Position numbers and translations under genes: made by a program
The notes under the pieces: generated by a model
The model's input: only the letters and a program-made list of their open reading frames with translations
Database searches by the model: none
Told to the model about the DNA's origin: nothing
In this document: piece by piece, positions 36,926-45,958 of the stretch
How the letters are laid out: every line of letters starts with the position of its first letter
Position numbering within the stretch: position 1 is the first letter of the stretch
Source of the DNA: Candidatus Bathyarchaeum sp.
Lineage (GTDB): Archaea > Thermoproteota > Bathyarchaeia > Bathyarchaeales > Bathyarchaeaceae
Reading direction: 5' to 3'
Assembly (NCBI GenBank): GCA_026014495.1
Contig: JAOZIF010000021.1
Coordinates: forward strand, 33,249 to 81,217
DNA: 47,969 bases

Positions 36926-38947
36926 TTACTGCTTCATTTTTCCTCTGCCTAACGGAATAAAACGCTGAATATCCTCTATTGGAATCGCAGTAACACTTCT
37001 TTTCATTTCTTCAGAAACCTTAGTTGATACCTGATGACGTATCTTTTTGGCAAGATAACTGCTCTTCATATCTCCCGGAACAACCTTTACATAAGCATCC
37101 GTTTGACTAGCAATAGCCTCCACAGGTCCCCCGATAATCATAATTGAATCATCTTCAATTTTTACCCCAATAGCAACCTGCAAAGGTACACCACGAACAA
37201 AATTTTTTGTTCCACGAATCATAAAGGACCCCTTCGCCAGAGACTGCCCCGATGGAGGAGTCTTACTCACCTGATTTGGGTGTATCCAATAAACGTTTAT
37301 TGCGCTCAGCATTTCCTTCCACGCTCGAGAATATGACCCCGCAAGCTGCGCTGCCTCATTAATGGTTTGTTCTGATGCAGTTTTTCCTTCTGTTTTAATC
37401 AAGACAAATGGGGCTCCCACAATCTCGGCATGAAAAACAATGTCGTCGGGTTCCATGCGCTTTTTGATTAGCAATTCGTTTGTTGTGGCGTCTCTGCCTC
37501 CAATAACAAGAAAACCCTCCGAAGAGTAAACCCACCTGAATTTTTCGAACCACTCCTTTTTTCTTTTCTTGACAAGAGGCTGTTGGGCATCTTTGGCTAT
37601 TGTGACCTGTTTTTTTGCTTTCTCGATTTTGGCTCTAGTTTCATGCAGTTGTTTCTCAGCACCTTGGAGCTTTTTTTCAGCCTTCTTTGAGCGCAAATAA
37701 TATTTGTTAGCATTGGCTTGGATTGACTCGCGAAGGTTAAGCGAGAACACTTTTCCTTCAACTGAAACATGCAAAACTTGGTTTGCGGGCTCCAGAGCAT
37801 GGAAATAAATCTCAGGATGACTTTTTGTTTTCTTTGATGCTTCAATGCTTGACGTTATTTCTTGCCACGCTTTTCCGCTTCTTTTTTGATTCAAAATTTT
37901 CTGGAGAAGAGCTTGGAGGTCTCCAAAATGCTGGTAAATTAAATCTCCAACATTCCTGTTTTTTATTATGGGCTCCTTTAACTCCTCCAAAGCCCTCTCT
38001 TGTCTTTGAAGCATTCGCATATATCTGGCAACCTCGCTCTCAACATCTCCAGTTGCCTCGTCGCTTCTTGTTGCATCTGTTATTTTAGCGTAGTATTCAT
38101 CAAGGGCACTGTTGAAACTCTCGTAGTTCTTTTGAGCGAATTGTTCATACTTTTTCAGTGGCACCGCAGTTACGTCAATCCATGCACCCGTTTCGTCACT
38201 TACAATGCTGGCTTGAATGTTTCCTGATTTGATAACAAAAAGCTTCTGAAGCTGATTAAACAGCCCATCAATTTCAGGTTCAGTGAGGGCACTACATTTT
38301 GTCTTTTTGTTAACATCTGTACGAATCAGTAATTCTTCTGCATAGGTTCCGCTGATGCTCAAAAATCGAGTTAAAGCCTTAACTATCTCCATTTCCCCAA
38401 GTTGCTGAATTTCCCTAAAATCCTCAATTCTCATGTTAATCGGATTTTTTCCTCTTGCAGGCGGGTGCTCAAAAAGTTCACCACGCAAAATGTTTCTGTC
38501 ACGCATTCTCTTGTAACTCATGGCTTGCAGAATCTTGCATTCAGGGTCAACAAGAAGAATGTTTCCTCCACCAAACAGCTCTGAGACCAACTGAAAGACT
38601 CCTTGTCGGGTGCTGATTTCTAGGATTGCTATTCGCTCAAATTCATGTTGCCTAACTGCTTTGACTACGCCATTGTCAAGATATTTTCTGAGGGACATGC
38701 AAAAAGCAGAGGGCGTTTGTGGAGTTTCATGAGTGTAAACGGTTAGATGCAGCCGTTTTCCAGCTTCAATAAGCAACTGGATTCGAGGCATACCAGATTT
38801 ACGGAGCTTAAAGAGCAAAGTTTTGGTACCAATTTGATAAATCTTGGACACGTAAGCACCCTCAATACGCTCATTGATTTCCTGGGTGACTGCAGCAACA
38901 TCAAAACTTGTCATAACATCTTTCAACATGCTTCCCTCAACAGACAA
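36926..38947 (-). CDS. rqcH: Ribosome quality-control protein Rqc2/aRqcH (NFACT/NEMF family)
   Basis: MTSFDV, FCMSLRKYL, ELFGGGNILL, KEWFEKFRW, GGRDATTNE, VFHAEIVGAP and GSFMIRG. Confidence 0.95.
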   Translation of the reverse strand: MSVEGSMLKDVMTSFDVAAVTQEINERIEGAYVSKIYQIGTKTLLFKLRKSGMPRIQLLIEAGKRLHLTVYTHETPQTPSAFCMSLRKYLDNGVVKAVRQHEFERIAILEISTRQGVFQLVSELFGGGNILLVDPECKILQAMSYKRMRDRNILRGELFEHPPARGKNPINMRIEDFREIQQLGEMEIVKALTRFLSISGTYAEELLIRTDVNKKTKCSALTEPEIDGLFNQLQKLFVIKSGNIQASIVSDETGAWIDVTAVPLKKYEQFAQKNYESFNSALDEYYAKITDATRSDEATGDVESEVARYMRMLQRQERALEELKEPIIKNRNVGDLIYQHFGDLQALLQKILNQKRSGKAWQEITSSIEASKKTKSHPEIYFHALEPANQVLHVSVEGKVFSLNLRESIQANANKYYLRSKKAEKKLQGAEKQLHETRAKIEKAKKQVTIAKDAQQPLVKKRKKEWFEKFRWVYSSEGFLVIGGRDATTNELLIKKRMEPDDIVFHAEIVGAPFVLIKTEGKTASEQTINEAAQLAGSYSRAWKEMLSAINVYWIHPNQVSKTPPSGQSLAKGSFMIRGTKNFVRGVPLQVAIGVKIEDDSIMIIGGPVEAIASQTDAYVKVVPGDMKSSYLAKKIRHQVSTKVSEEMKRSVTAIPIEDIQRFIPLGRGKMKQ

Positions 38948-39172
38948 AGAACTTGCTTTCCAACCTTGAAAGGGGGAGTCTTCCCTATTCCCTTTCTGTT
39001 TTATGTTACTACGTAAAAAGGATGACGCCTTAACACTAAATCAAAGTGAATATTTGCTCTTACAAAAATTGGAAAATGAGCTTGCCGAAAGCGCTGCTGT
39101 TTATGAAAAACTCATCGTGTTTGTGCTAGCAGTTACTATAAACATTTACTGTAAAGACTATACTTCACACGT

Positions 39173-39325
39173 TCATTGTCTTTTGCTGGCTGTTTTTGAG
39201 ACCATTTTCTGCTCACCTATCCACTGCAATGTCCAACCAACAGTCCAAAGAAAAATAATGAGCGGCAAAAGAACAACGCTTGCTACCTTACGCAGAGCAT
39301 ATTCGTTTCTATTCAAGTTGCTCAT
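39173..39325 (-). CDS. Small single-TM protein missed by the ORF track (50 aa)
   Basis: MSNLNRNEYALRKVASVVLLPLIIFLWTVGWTLQWIGEQKMVSKTASKRQ; clean TM with periodic Trp residues. Confidence 0.6.
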   Translation of the reverse strand: MSNLNRNEYALRKVASVVLLPLIIFLWTVGWTLQWIGEQKMVSKTASKRQ

Positions 39326-39414
39326 CTTAATTCACAACTAAACCACAGCACACAAAATATGTATAACACTTATGAAAACAGACTACAGATTTGCAGTATA
39401 ACCTAGCGCTTATG

Positions 39415-39648
39415 TTACATTTTTTTGAAAACCTTACGGCTAGGGAGCGCGAACAAAAGGAGCCAAAAGTATATCATTAAAATTATCTGGAGAAAAATTC
39501 CTGCAGGAGTGAACAGAATCATCATTGGCGTTTTGCCTATAATGATTAGGGTGACAACAAGAAATAGAAGAACAATAAAAAAGATCAGAATGATTTGCAA
39601 TACAAACGTATACAGCGAACTTGTTTTAACCCCATTTTGGGTCATCAC
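39415..39648 (-). CDS. Small 2-TM membrane protein
   Basis: Two long hydrophobic segments and a basic C-terminus. Confidence 0.55.
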   Translation of the reverse strand: MMTQNGVKTSSLYTFVLQIILIFFIVLLFLVVTLIIIGKTPMMILFTPAGIFLQIILMIYFWLLLFALPSRKVFKKM

Positions 39649-39918
39649 CTCTGTTCTAAAGCTTTTTTGTTTGATATGATTTATAATGTTAACCCTCTTG
39701 TTTAATCATCAGGTGCTAAAAATCTTCTGATAGTTTTACAACAAAACAGCCCCAGAACAGCTAGCCTCAAAAAATAAGCTCGAAACTCAGAAATCCCGTT
39801 TTTGAAAAGGGTTTAAGTAACCGAAAATAGATTATGCGGATGAAAACGTTTCTGAAAGCGAAACCAAGATAAACCACAACTGGAAAAGTATGATATTCAA
39901 CAAAACAGGGGATGCAAC

Positions 39919-40452
39919 TTGAAGACACTAAATATTATTTATATAATCAGAGTCTGCCTAGGAATCTTCGCTGCTCTCATAGCTGCCTTAGTGGTGGACC
40001 TTAAAGTAGGCGACCCACTCATAAATGGCATAACTGTTGCATTAGCTGTATATCTTATCACATATTATCTTCTTAAATGGCAGTTTGGAACCAAAGTGGA
40101 AAAGCCAACCAAGATTCTTTCAATGGGAATCTTTGTTTACTTTATCGTGTTTATCATGTGCTGGGTTCTATTTGTCACGCCTTCCCTTTCCGCTCCAACC
40201 GTAGCATTCACTGTAGACCCACAAACGGCCGCAGTTGATGAAGCTATAACCTTCACATCAACCAGCGAAGACGCAGATGGGGAAATAGTCAAGTATGTTT
40301 GGGACTTTGGAGACGAAACCACCAGTGAAGAAATGAATCCCACTCACACGTATAGCGTAGCTGGAGAATATACAGTTAAACTAAAAGTGGTAGATGACCA
40401 CGGAATAAGCATGACTAACACAACAACCCTGACAGTAAATGCTCTTGGTTAA
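39919..40452 (+). CDS. Three-TM (EMC6/DUF5379-like) protein fused to a C-terminal PKD domain
   Basis: Three TMs ending K.LSMGIFVYFIVFIMCWVLF, then FTSTSEDADGEIVKYVWDFGD...PTHTYSVAGEYTVKLKVVDDHG. Confidence 0.75.
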   Translation: MKTLNIIYIIRVCLGIFAALIAALVVDLKVGDPLINGITVALAVYLITYYLLKWQFGTKVEKPTKILSMGIFVYFIVFIMCWVLFVTPSLSAPTVAFTVDPQTAAVDEAITFTSTSEDADGEIVKYVWDFGDETTSEEMNPTHTYSVAGEYTVKLKVVDDHGISMTNTTTLTVNALG

Positions 40453-40586
40453 CAATTGGTTGATGTTGGTTTATAGCTAACTGATTTTTTGTTGCTTTTC
40501 AGCTTTCTTAGAAAAAGCTCTGGTCTTGATTATTTAACAGCTCATGCTCTTTTATCATGAAAACTTGGAAAATACGCCAAGGAGCT

Positions 40587-41513
40587 TTAGTACACTCTTA
40601 TCTCAGTGACGAACTTAACCCAGAACTGTGCCCATTTGTATTTGTCAACTGGAAGAAACATTCTGAAAGGCCCGCCCTTATTTTGTGAAAGAGGCTCACC
40701 GTTCTCTTGGTACCCTACCAGCATCTGTGCTTCTTCTATTTCTTGAAGCGTATAATTTCGTGAATAGTCGTCAATGGCAAACACAACTATTTTTTCTGCT
40801 CTATAGGACATGTTTGCTGCTTCAAGTATGTCCATTACTGACAAGCCCGTCCAGTCTGATGTTCGGCTTCCGTCTCCTGGGACAAACTCGGCTTCTACTG
40901 TGACTTGTTGAAATAGTGTCATGTTTTTGCTGCTAATTGTTATCGGGTTTTTAACAGCTCCAGTGATTGATACTGTCCATAATCCTATGTTTATTGTGGA
41001 AACGTGCTCGACTTGGTGTTCTTTCGAAAAGTAAGGTGCAATCAGTTTTACTGGGCCTCCGGTTTGTTCAGTCATCCACTGATCGTCTTTTACGAAGACT
41101 AACGTGATTTTGTTGATGTCTTGAAAATATGGGTAAGTTGTGCTGTTCCATGCTTGGAAAACATTTAATGTGGCGCTGTGTCCATCCGATGCTATTACTT
41201 CAATTTGTCCTGCGTCCCAGAGCATTCCGCTCATGTTGCAAAAGTCAAAAAGTGTTACTCCTGTGTAGGTCACGTTTTCGCCGTTAACTTTTGTGACAAC
41301 AGTGGTCAGTGGCATTTCAGAGATTTCGTTTAGTGTCAAAGTTTTTTGTTGCTCAACATTGCCTGTAACTGTCACTTGCCACTGTGGAGGCTCACCTTCA
41401 GGTAGACTAATTGCTTCGTTTTGAGAAGGCAGATACTGGATAACTAAAACTGCGGCTAATACAATTACTGCGGCAAGGCAGATGGCCATTGCCATTTTTA
41501 TGTTTTGCTTCAT
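40587..41513 (-). CDS. N-terminally anchored protein with two Cys-less Oxidored_molyb-like domains
   Basis: WQVTVTGNV..YTGVTL..ASDGH..GGPVKLIAP and WTVSITGAV..WTGLSV..AIDDY..GGPFRMFLP..FWVKFVTEI. Confidence 0.85.
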   Translation of the reverse strand: MKQNIKMAMAICLAAVIVLAAVLVIQYLPSQNEAISLPEGEPPQWQVTVTGNVEQQKTLTLNEISEMPLTTVVTKVNGENVTYTGVTLFDFCNMSGMLWDAGQIEVIASDGHSATLNVFQAWNSTTYPYFQDINKITLVFVKDDQWMTEQTGGPVKLIAPYFSKEHQVEHVSTINIGLWTVSITGAVKNPITISSKNMTLFQQVTVEAEFVPGDGSRTSDWTGLSVMDILEAANMSYRAEKIVVFAIDDYSRNYTLQEIEEAQMLVGYQENGEPLSQNKGGPFRMFLPVDKYKWAQFWVKFVTEIRVY

Positions 41514-41596
41514 TTCTTTATTCTTTTCCTAAACAGTTGTTGATTTTGTGTTTTTTGTTTCTGTGACATCCTGATTTACTTAGTAATTCACAGCAC

Positions 41597-41620
41597 CGAT
41601 ATGTTTTAGTATGAATAACG
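41597..41620 (-). promoter_or_regulatory. Degenerate operator, copy 4
   Basis: Minus strand reads CGTTATTCATACTAAAACATATCG; the right half AAACATATCG is identical to copies 1 and 2. Lies 84 nt upstream of 41513. Confidence 0.5.
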
Positions 41621-41680
41621 TAGCCAATTTAATAAGTTTTAGTAACCCACACCAAAAGTTCACAAAAAAGGCAGGAAAAA

Positions 41681-42793
41681 ATGTTGAAGAAAAACTGGAC
41701 AACCTTTGGCTTTTTCACGCTTCTCATAACACTTGCTCTGTTACCTGTCCAAGTTAGCTGCTCAAACTCCATTTCTGCAACACAACCGCTTTTTGCATCA
41801 GCTGGTTTGTATGAGTTGCCGTCAGGAGCAAACTTTTCGATAATTTGGATAACAGACACACAGTATCTTTCTGAAAGTTATCCAACTTATTATGACAGTC
41901 TTTGTCGTTGGATTGTCAATCACGCAGAAGAGTACAAAGTTGAAATGGTAATTCACACCGGAGATATTGTTGAAGATGAATTCAATCGTACACATTGGGA
42001 AAACGCTAACCAGTCAATGAGTATCCTGTTAGATGCTGGTATTCCGTACTGTTGGAATGCGGGAAACCATGACTATAACGAAACATGCTGGATCGGCAAC
42101 CAATATGCAGCATTTAACCCCGAGGCTTTGTCAACAAAAACTTACTGGATTGATGACGCCGTGGATGGACAAAACACCGCTGTTCAGTTCAGCGTCAATA
42201 ATTGGACTTGTCTAATAATAAACATTGCATACGAGGCAAGCGATGATGTTTTGGATTGGGCTAACAACCTTTTGGATGCCTGTCCCGAATCTCATGCAAT
42301 TGTTGGAGCACATGTTTACTTGAACACCACGGGCGGATACGACGGTAAAGGACGCGATGACCCTGATTGGCCAACTAATCTCAAGACTAACGTGTTAGAC
42401 ACACATTCGAACGTGTTCTTGACTTTGAGTGGTCATCATTATCCTGCTTCTGGGAGCAGAACAACACTTGGCGGTCGACATGAGTTAATGTATAATCGCC
42501 AAGACACTGACAATCAACTGGGTGCTGCGAGTCTAAGAATTATGGCTTTCAATTTGGTTGAGGGCACAATTGAGGTAGAAACGTATTATCTGTATGCCAA
42601 TCACTTCTTAGACGATTCTAACAATCAGTTTACGTTAACCACAACATTTCGTAATAAAGATCTTCCCGAAGCAAATGAAGCTACAGAGTTTCCAATGATA
42701 ACAGTTATTTTTGTTTCAGTAATTGTGGTTGTGGTTGTTTTAAGTGTTAGTTATTGGTTGTCACAGAGACATCATTCTTATGATGCCATATAA
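41681..42793 (+). CDS. Exported metallophosphoesterase with C-terminal TM
   Basis: TDTQY, HTGDIV, GNHD and SGHH motifs; signal peptide and C-terminal anchor. Confidence 0.88.
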   Translation: MLKKNWTTFGFFTLLITLALLPVQVSCSNSISATQPLFASAGLYELPSGANFSIIWITDTQYLSESYPTYYDSLCRWIVNHAEEYKVEMVIHTGDIVEDEFNRTHWENANQSMSILLDAGIPYCWNAGNHDYNETCWIGNQYAAFNPEALSTKTYWIDDAVDGQNTAVQFSVNNWTCLIINIAYEASDDVLDWANNLLDACPESHAIVGAHVYLNTTGGYDGKGRDDPDWPTNLKTNVLDTHSNVFLTLSGHHYPASGSRTTLGGRHELMYNRQDTDNQLGAASLRIMAFNLVEGTIEVETYYLYANHFLDDSNNQFTLTTTFRNKDLPEANEATEFPMITVIFVSVIVVVVVLSVSYWLSQRHHSYDAI

Positions 42794-42866
42794 AATAATG
42801 TAAATAATATGCTAAAAAACGTAATAGAATGCATTTTATCCATTATTCCAAACGGTATCATACTTC

Positions 42867-42890
42867 CGAAATGCTTTTATGTGCATATCG
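42867..42890 (+). promoter_or_regulatory. Palindromic operator, copy 3
   Basis: CGAAATGCTTTTATGTGCATATCG; 20/24 identical to copies 1 and 2, with both 7-bp arms intact. Confidence 0.72.
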
Positions 42891-42926
42891 TTTGAATGTG
42901 AGCATAGAACAAAGGGTGAATTCACA

Positions 42927-44801
42927 ATGGATAAAAAGATTATAGCAATCGCAACCGTCATCATAGTTATCGTAGCAGCTGTTGCTTCGTGGCAACTTCT
43001 ACTTCAACCAAACCAAGACACAATTGACCTTGAACCACTGACACTAACTGTTATTGGCGTTAATGGAGAACAAGTGGTCTTAGATGAAAACAACATAACA
43101 GACATTGAATCAATCACTTCCCCTGGAGGATACAAAACCAGCGGTGGACTAATTGCACTTGTTGGAAACTTTACTGGCATACCCATTTCATCGCTTCTTG
43201 ACTTAGTTGGAGGGATGACAAGCGACTCTACCTTGACAATTACTGCTTCAGATGGCTATTCGATGGTTTTCACTTATGATCAAATAAGCGGAAAGGGTTA
43301 CAACACTTATGATCCTGTTAATGGAAGTGAAGTATCCTCCGATGAGACCTTGACTTTGATGGTCAATTACTTGTGCAATGGTGAAGTATTGCCTGAAGAT
43401 AAAGGCCCTCTGAGGATGGCTATTGTAGGTTCTTCAGGTTTGCTTACTGAAGGTCACTTCTGGGTCAAGTATGTATCTCAAATACAGGTCACGCCCAACG
43501 TAAGGGATTGGACCGTTGCAGTTTGCGCTACAGCAGATTTGTACATGGATCGTCAAGCATACACCGCAGACTTTAATCACTTTGGTATAAGCTGGACAGA
43601 TGATAGCGGCGATGTTTGGACCGGAACCGCATTGTGGCGGTGGGTTTCGTGGAGCAACTATAATGGTGGAGTCAGCAATCAGTCTCTTGATGCTGGATAC
43701 CAAGTGGAGCTTGTTTCTGGAGATGGCTATTCAGTTATAATTGATGATAGCATAGTGAAGATGAACGACAACATCATTGTTGCATCGCATCTAAATGCTG
43801 AAACACTTCCGAATCCTTACTGGCCTTTAACTCTTGTTGGCTCAGAGCTTTCATCCAGTGAGTCAATCAAGAACATTGTGCAAATGAACATACTGCTAGA
43901 TGCTGAATCAAACGATACTTCTAGTGATGCGTGGACTTTGACCGTTAATGGAACAAACGCGGTAGATATGTCTCAAGGTGTTTTTGAGACTCAGGTTAGT
44001 TCGGTTAGTGCTTCTTGGACGGACGATGACGGTGATGTGTGGACAGGGACTCCCCTTTGTAGGATAGTGGATTGGGGAATGACTAATGGTGTCATCAGCA
44101 GTGAAGCTTTAGCGGATGGATATGTTGTTAAAGTCATGGCTGGCGATGGCTACACGGTCATACTTGATGGAGCACGCATCGAAGGCAACTCTAACATCTT
44201 TATTGCCAACCAAATAAATGGTGAAGCTCTATCTGGTTCTAGTTATCCTCTGAAACTTACAGGACCTGACCTATCAAAGAAAGAGTCAGTTAAAGGCGTT
44301 GCACAAGTTGAAATAATGCCCCTTTCAATGGACATGAGCCTAACTTTGGTAGCGGCTAATGGCACTGAAGTTGTTTTGTCTGCAACTGACATTGCTGGTC
44401 TAGACTCTTACACCGCGGGTGGAGGAACCCGATCAAGCAGCGGTTCAATCAAAAACATTGGCACCTACACTGGAGTTCCCATCTTGACTTTGCTTGACTT
44501 GGTTGGTGGCGTTTCAACTGGAGACACCGTTACTGTTACTGCTTCAGACGGTTACGCTTCATCTGTTACATATGAGCAATTGAACGGACAGGACATAGCC
44601 ACCTATGGTGCTGAAGGAAATCCAGTAGAAGCTAACGAAACTTTGACAATGATTGTCGCTTATCACTTGGATGGAGCCATTCTATCTGCAGAGGATGTTG
44701 GAAATCTAAGGATTGCTGTTGTTGGACCTGAGGGCGTAATTACCTCGGGTAGCGTTTGGGCAAAGTTCGTGGTGGAAATCGAAATCGTTCCAGCAGAATA
44801 A
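42927..44801 (+). CDS. N-terminally anchored protein with four Cys-less Oxidored_molyb-like domains (A-B-B-A)
   Basis: Four repeats of (F/W/Y)TG.P(I/L), (A/S)(S/G)DGY and P/N-L(R/T/K)(M/L/I). Start set at ATG 42927. Confidence 0.85.
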   Translation: MDKKIIAIATVIIVIVAAVASWQLLLQPNQDTIDLEPLTLTVIGVNGEQVVLDENNITDIESITSPGGYKTSGGLIALVGNFTGIPISSLLDLVGGMTSDSTLTITASDGYSMVFTYDQISGKGYNTYDPVNGSEVSSDETLTLMVNYLCNGEVLPEDKGPLRMAIVGSSGLLTEGHFWVKYVSQIQVTPNVRDWTVAVCATADLYMDRQAYTADFNHFGISWTDDSGDVWTGTALWRWVSWSNYNGGVSNQSLDAGYQVELVSGDGYSVIIDDSIVKMNDNIIVASHLNAETLPNPYWPLTLVGSELSSSESIKNIVQMNILLDAESNDTSSDAWTLTVNGTNAVDMSQGVFETQVSSVSASWTDDDGDVWTGTPLCRIVDWGMTNGVISSEALADGYVVKVMAGDGYTVILDGARIEGNSNIFIANQINGEALSGSSYPLKLTGPDLSKKESVKGVAQVEIMPLSMDMSLTLVAANGTEVVLSATDIAGLDSYTAGGGTRSSSGSIKNIGTYTGVPILTLLDLVGGVSTGDTVTVTASDGYASSVTYEQLNGQDIATYGAEGNPVEANETLTMIVAYHLDGAILSAEDVGNLRIAVVGPEGVITSGSVWAKFVVEIEIVPAE

Positions 44802-44826
44802 ACAATAAAGGGATAATGAGGCAAAA

Positions 44827-45915
44827 TTGAAACGACTACACATCGCATTTGCAGTCCTTGCAATTGCACTTCTTTTCTCTTCTACCTATTTTTTTGTTAT
44901 AACATACGTTTTTGTAGATTCGCCTAAGACCGTTCTTAATATTCACTGTGCTACCAGTCTTCAATATCCGCTTGCAAGTGTAGAGGCAGATTTTGAGGCT
45001 GTTCATCCTGAGGTTGATGTGCAAATTGAGGGTCATGGAACAATACAGGTAATACGGCATGTTACAGAGTTGGGTCAAAACAACGATTTGTTGTTTGTTG
45101 CAGATTACGGGCTGATACCCGTTATGATGTATGACACAAAGATGCCTGACAGTGACGAGAGTTATGCCGATTATTACATCCGTTTTGCAACTAACACTCT
45201 TGTTTTGGCATACACGAACACTAGCAGATATGCTGACGAAATTAATGCGGATAATTGGTATTCAATTTTGGTTCGCTCTGACGTAACCTTGGGTTTGGGT
45301 AATCCGCAGGTGGCTTCAATTGGTTATCGCGCAATAACTGCGATTCAGTTAGCCGAAATATATTATGATAGTCCAAGCCTGTTTCATGACCTTATCAGCG
45401 CAAATTTGAATCCGCCTATAAACTCAATATCTGATGGCGAAACTTACACCATTACTGTTCCAGAAGTTCAGAATCCTGTGGGTGATAAACTGAAGTTGAG
45501 GACAAGTGAAGTAGACCTGACAGCTTTGCTTGATTCGGGGCACCTTGACTATTGTCTGATTTATCTTAGCAACGCGCAACAGTATGGTTTTAATTACATT
45601 AAGCTTCCTGACGAAGTTAACATGGGTTCATCTGAATGTGAAAGCATCTACCAGCAAGTTGAAGTTGTGTATGAACATCAAAGATTTGCTACTATTTCAC
45701 TTGACCGAACTGGTGAAACAATATACTATGGGGTGACGATACCAAAAAATGCGCCCAATGCTGAGTTAGCAGAGGACTTCATCAAATTCCTGTTAGAAGG
45801 AACCGGAAAAGATGATTTCGAGTTAGCTCATCATCCTGTTTTCAGTTCATCTTACACTGACAACCTTGCGGCGGTTCCAGAAAGTCTAAAATCACTGGTT
45901 ATTCAAGAACCCTAA
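44827..45915 (+). CDS. wtpA: Tungstate/molybdate ABC transporter binding protein, WtpA-like with an altered pocket
   Basis: VADYGLIP, FATNTLVLAYT, NWYSIL, GYRA, R.SEVDL..LL.SG..DY..IY and IYYGVTIPKNAPNAELA. Confidence 0.85.
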   Translation: MKRLHIAFAVLAIALLFSSTYFFVITYVFVDSPKTVLNIHCATSLQYPLASVEADFEAVHPEVDVQIEGHGTIQVIRHVTELGQNNDLLFVADYGLIPVMMYDTKMPDSDESYADYYIRFATNTLVLAYTNTSRYADEINADNWYSILVRSDVTLGLGNPQVASIGYRAITAIQLAEIYYDSPSLFHDLISANLNPPINSISDGETYTITVPEVQNPVGDKLKLRTSEVDLTALLDSGHLDYCLIYLSNAQQYGFNYIKLPDEVNMGSSECESIYQQVEVVYEHQRFATISLDRTGETIYYGVTIPKNAPNAELAEDFIKFLLEGTGKDDFELAHHPVFSSSYTDNLAAVPESLKSLVIQEP

Positions 45916-45958
45916 CTGTTAACAAGTTTCCTAGTAATCTAATTACGAGGGCGAAAGT

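Noticed and set aside
39003-39341. 112-aa plus-strand ORF
   Set aside because: No recognisable motif and overlaps a better 50-aa minus-strand ORF; a short real N-terminal part cannot be fully excluded.
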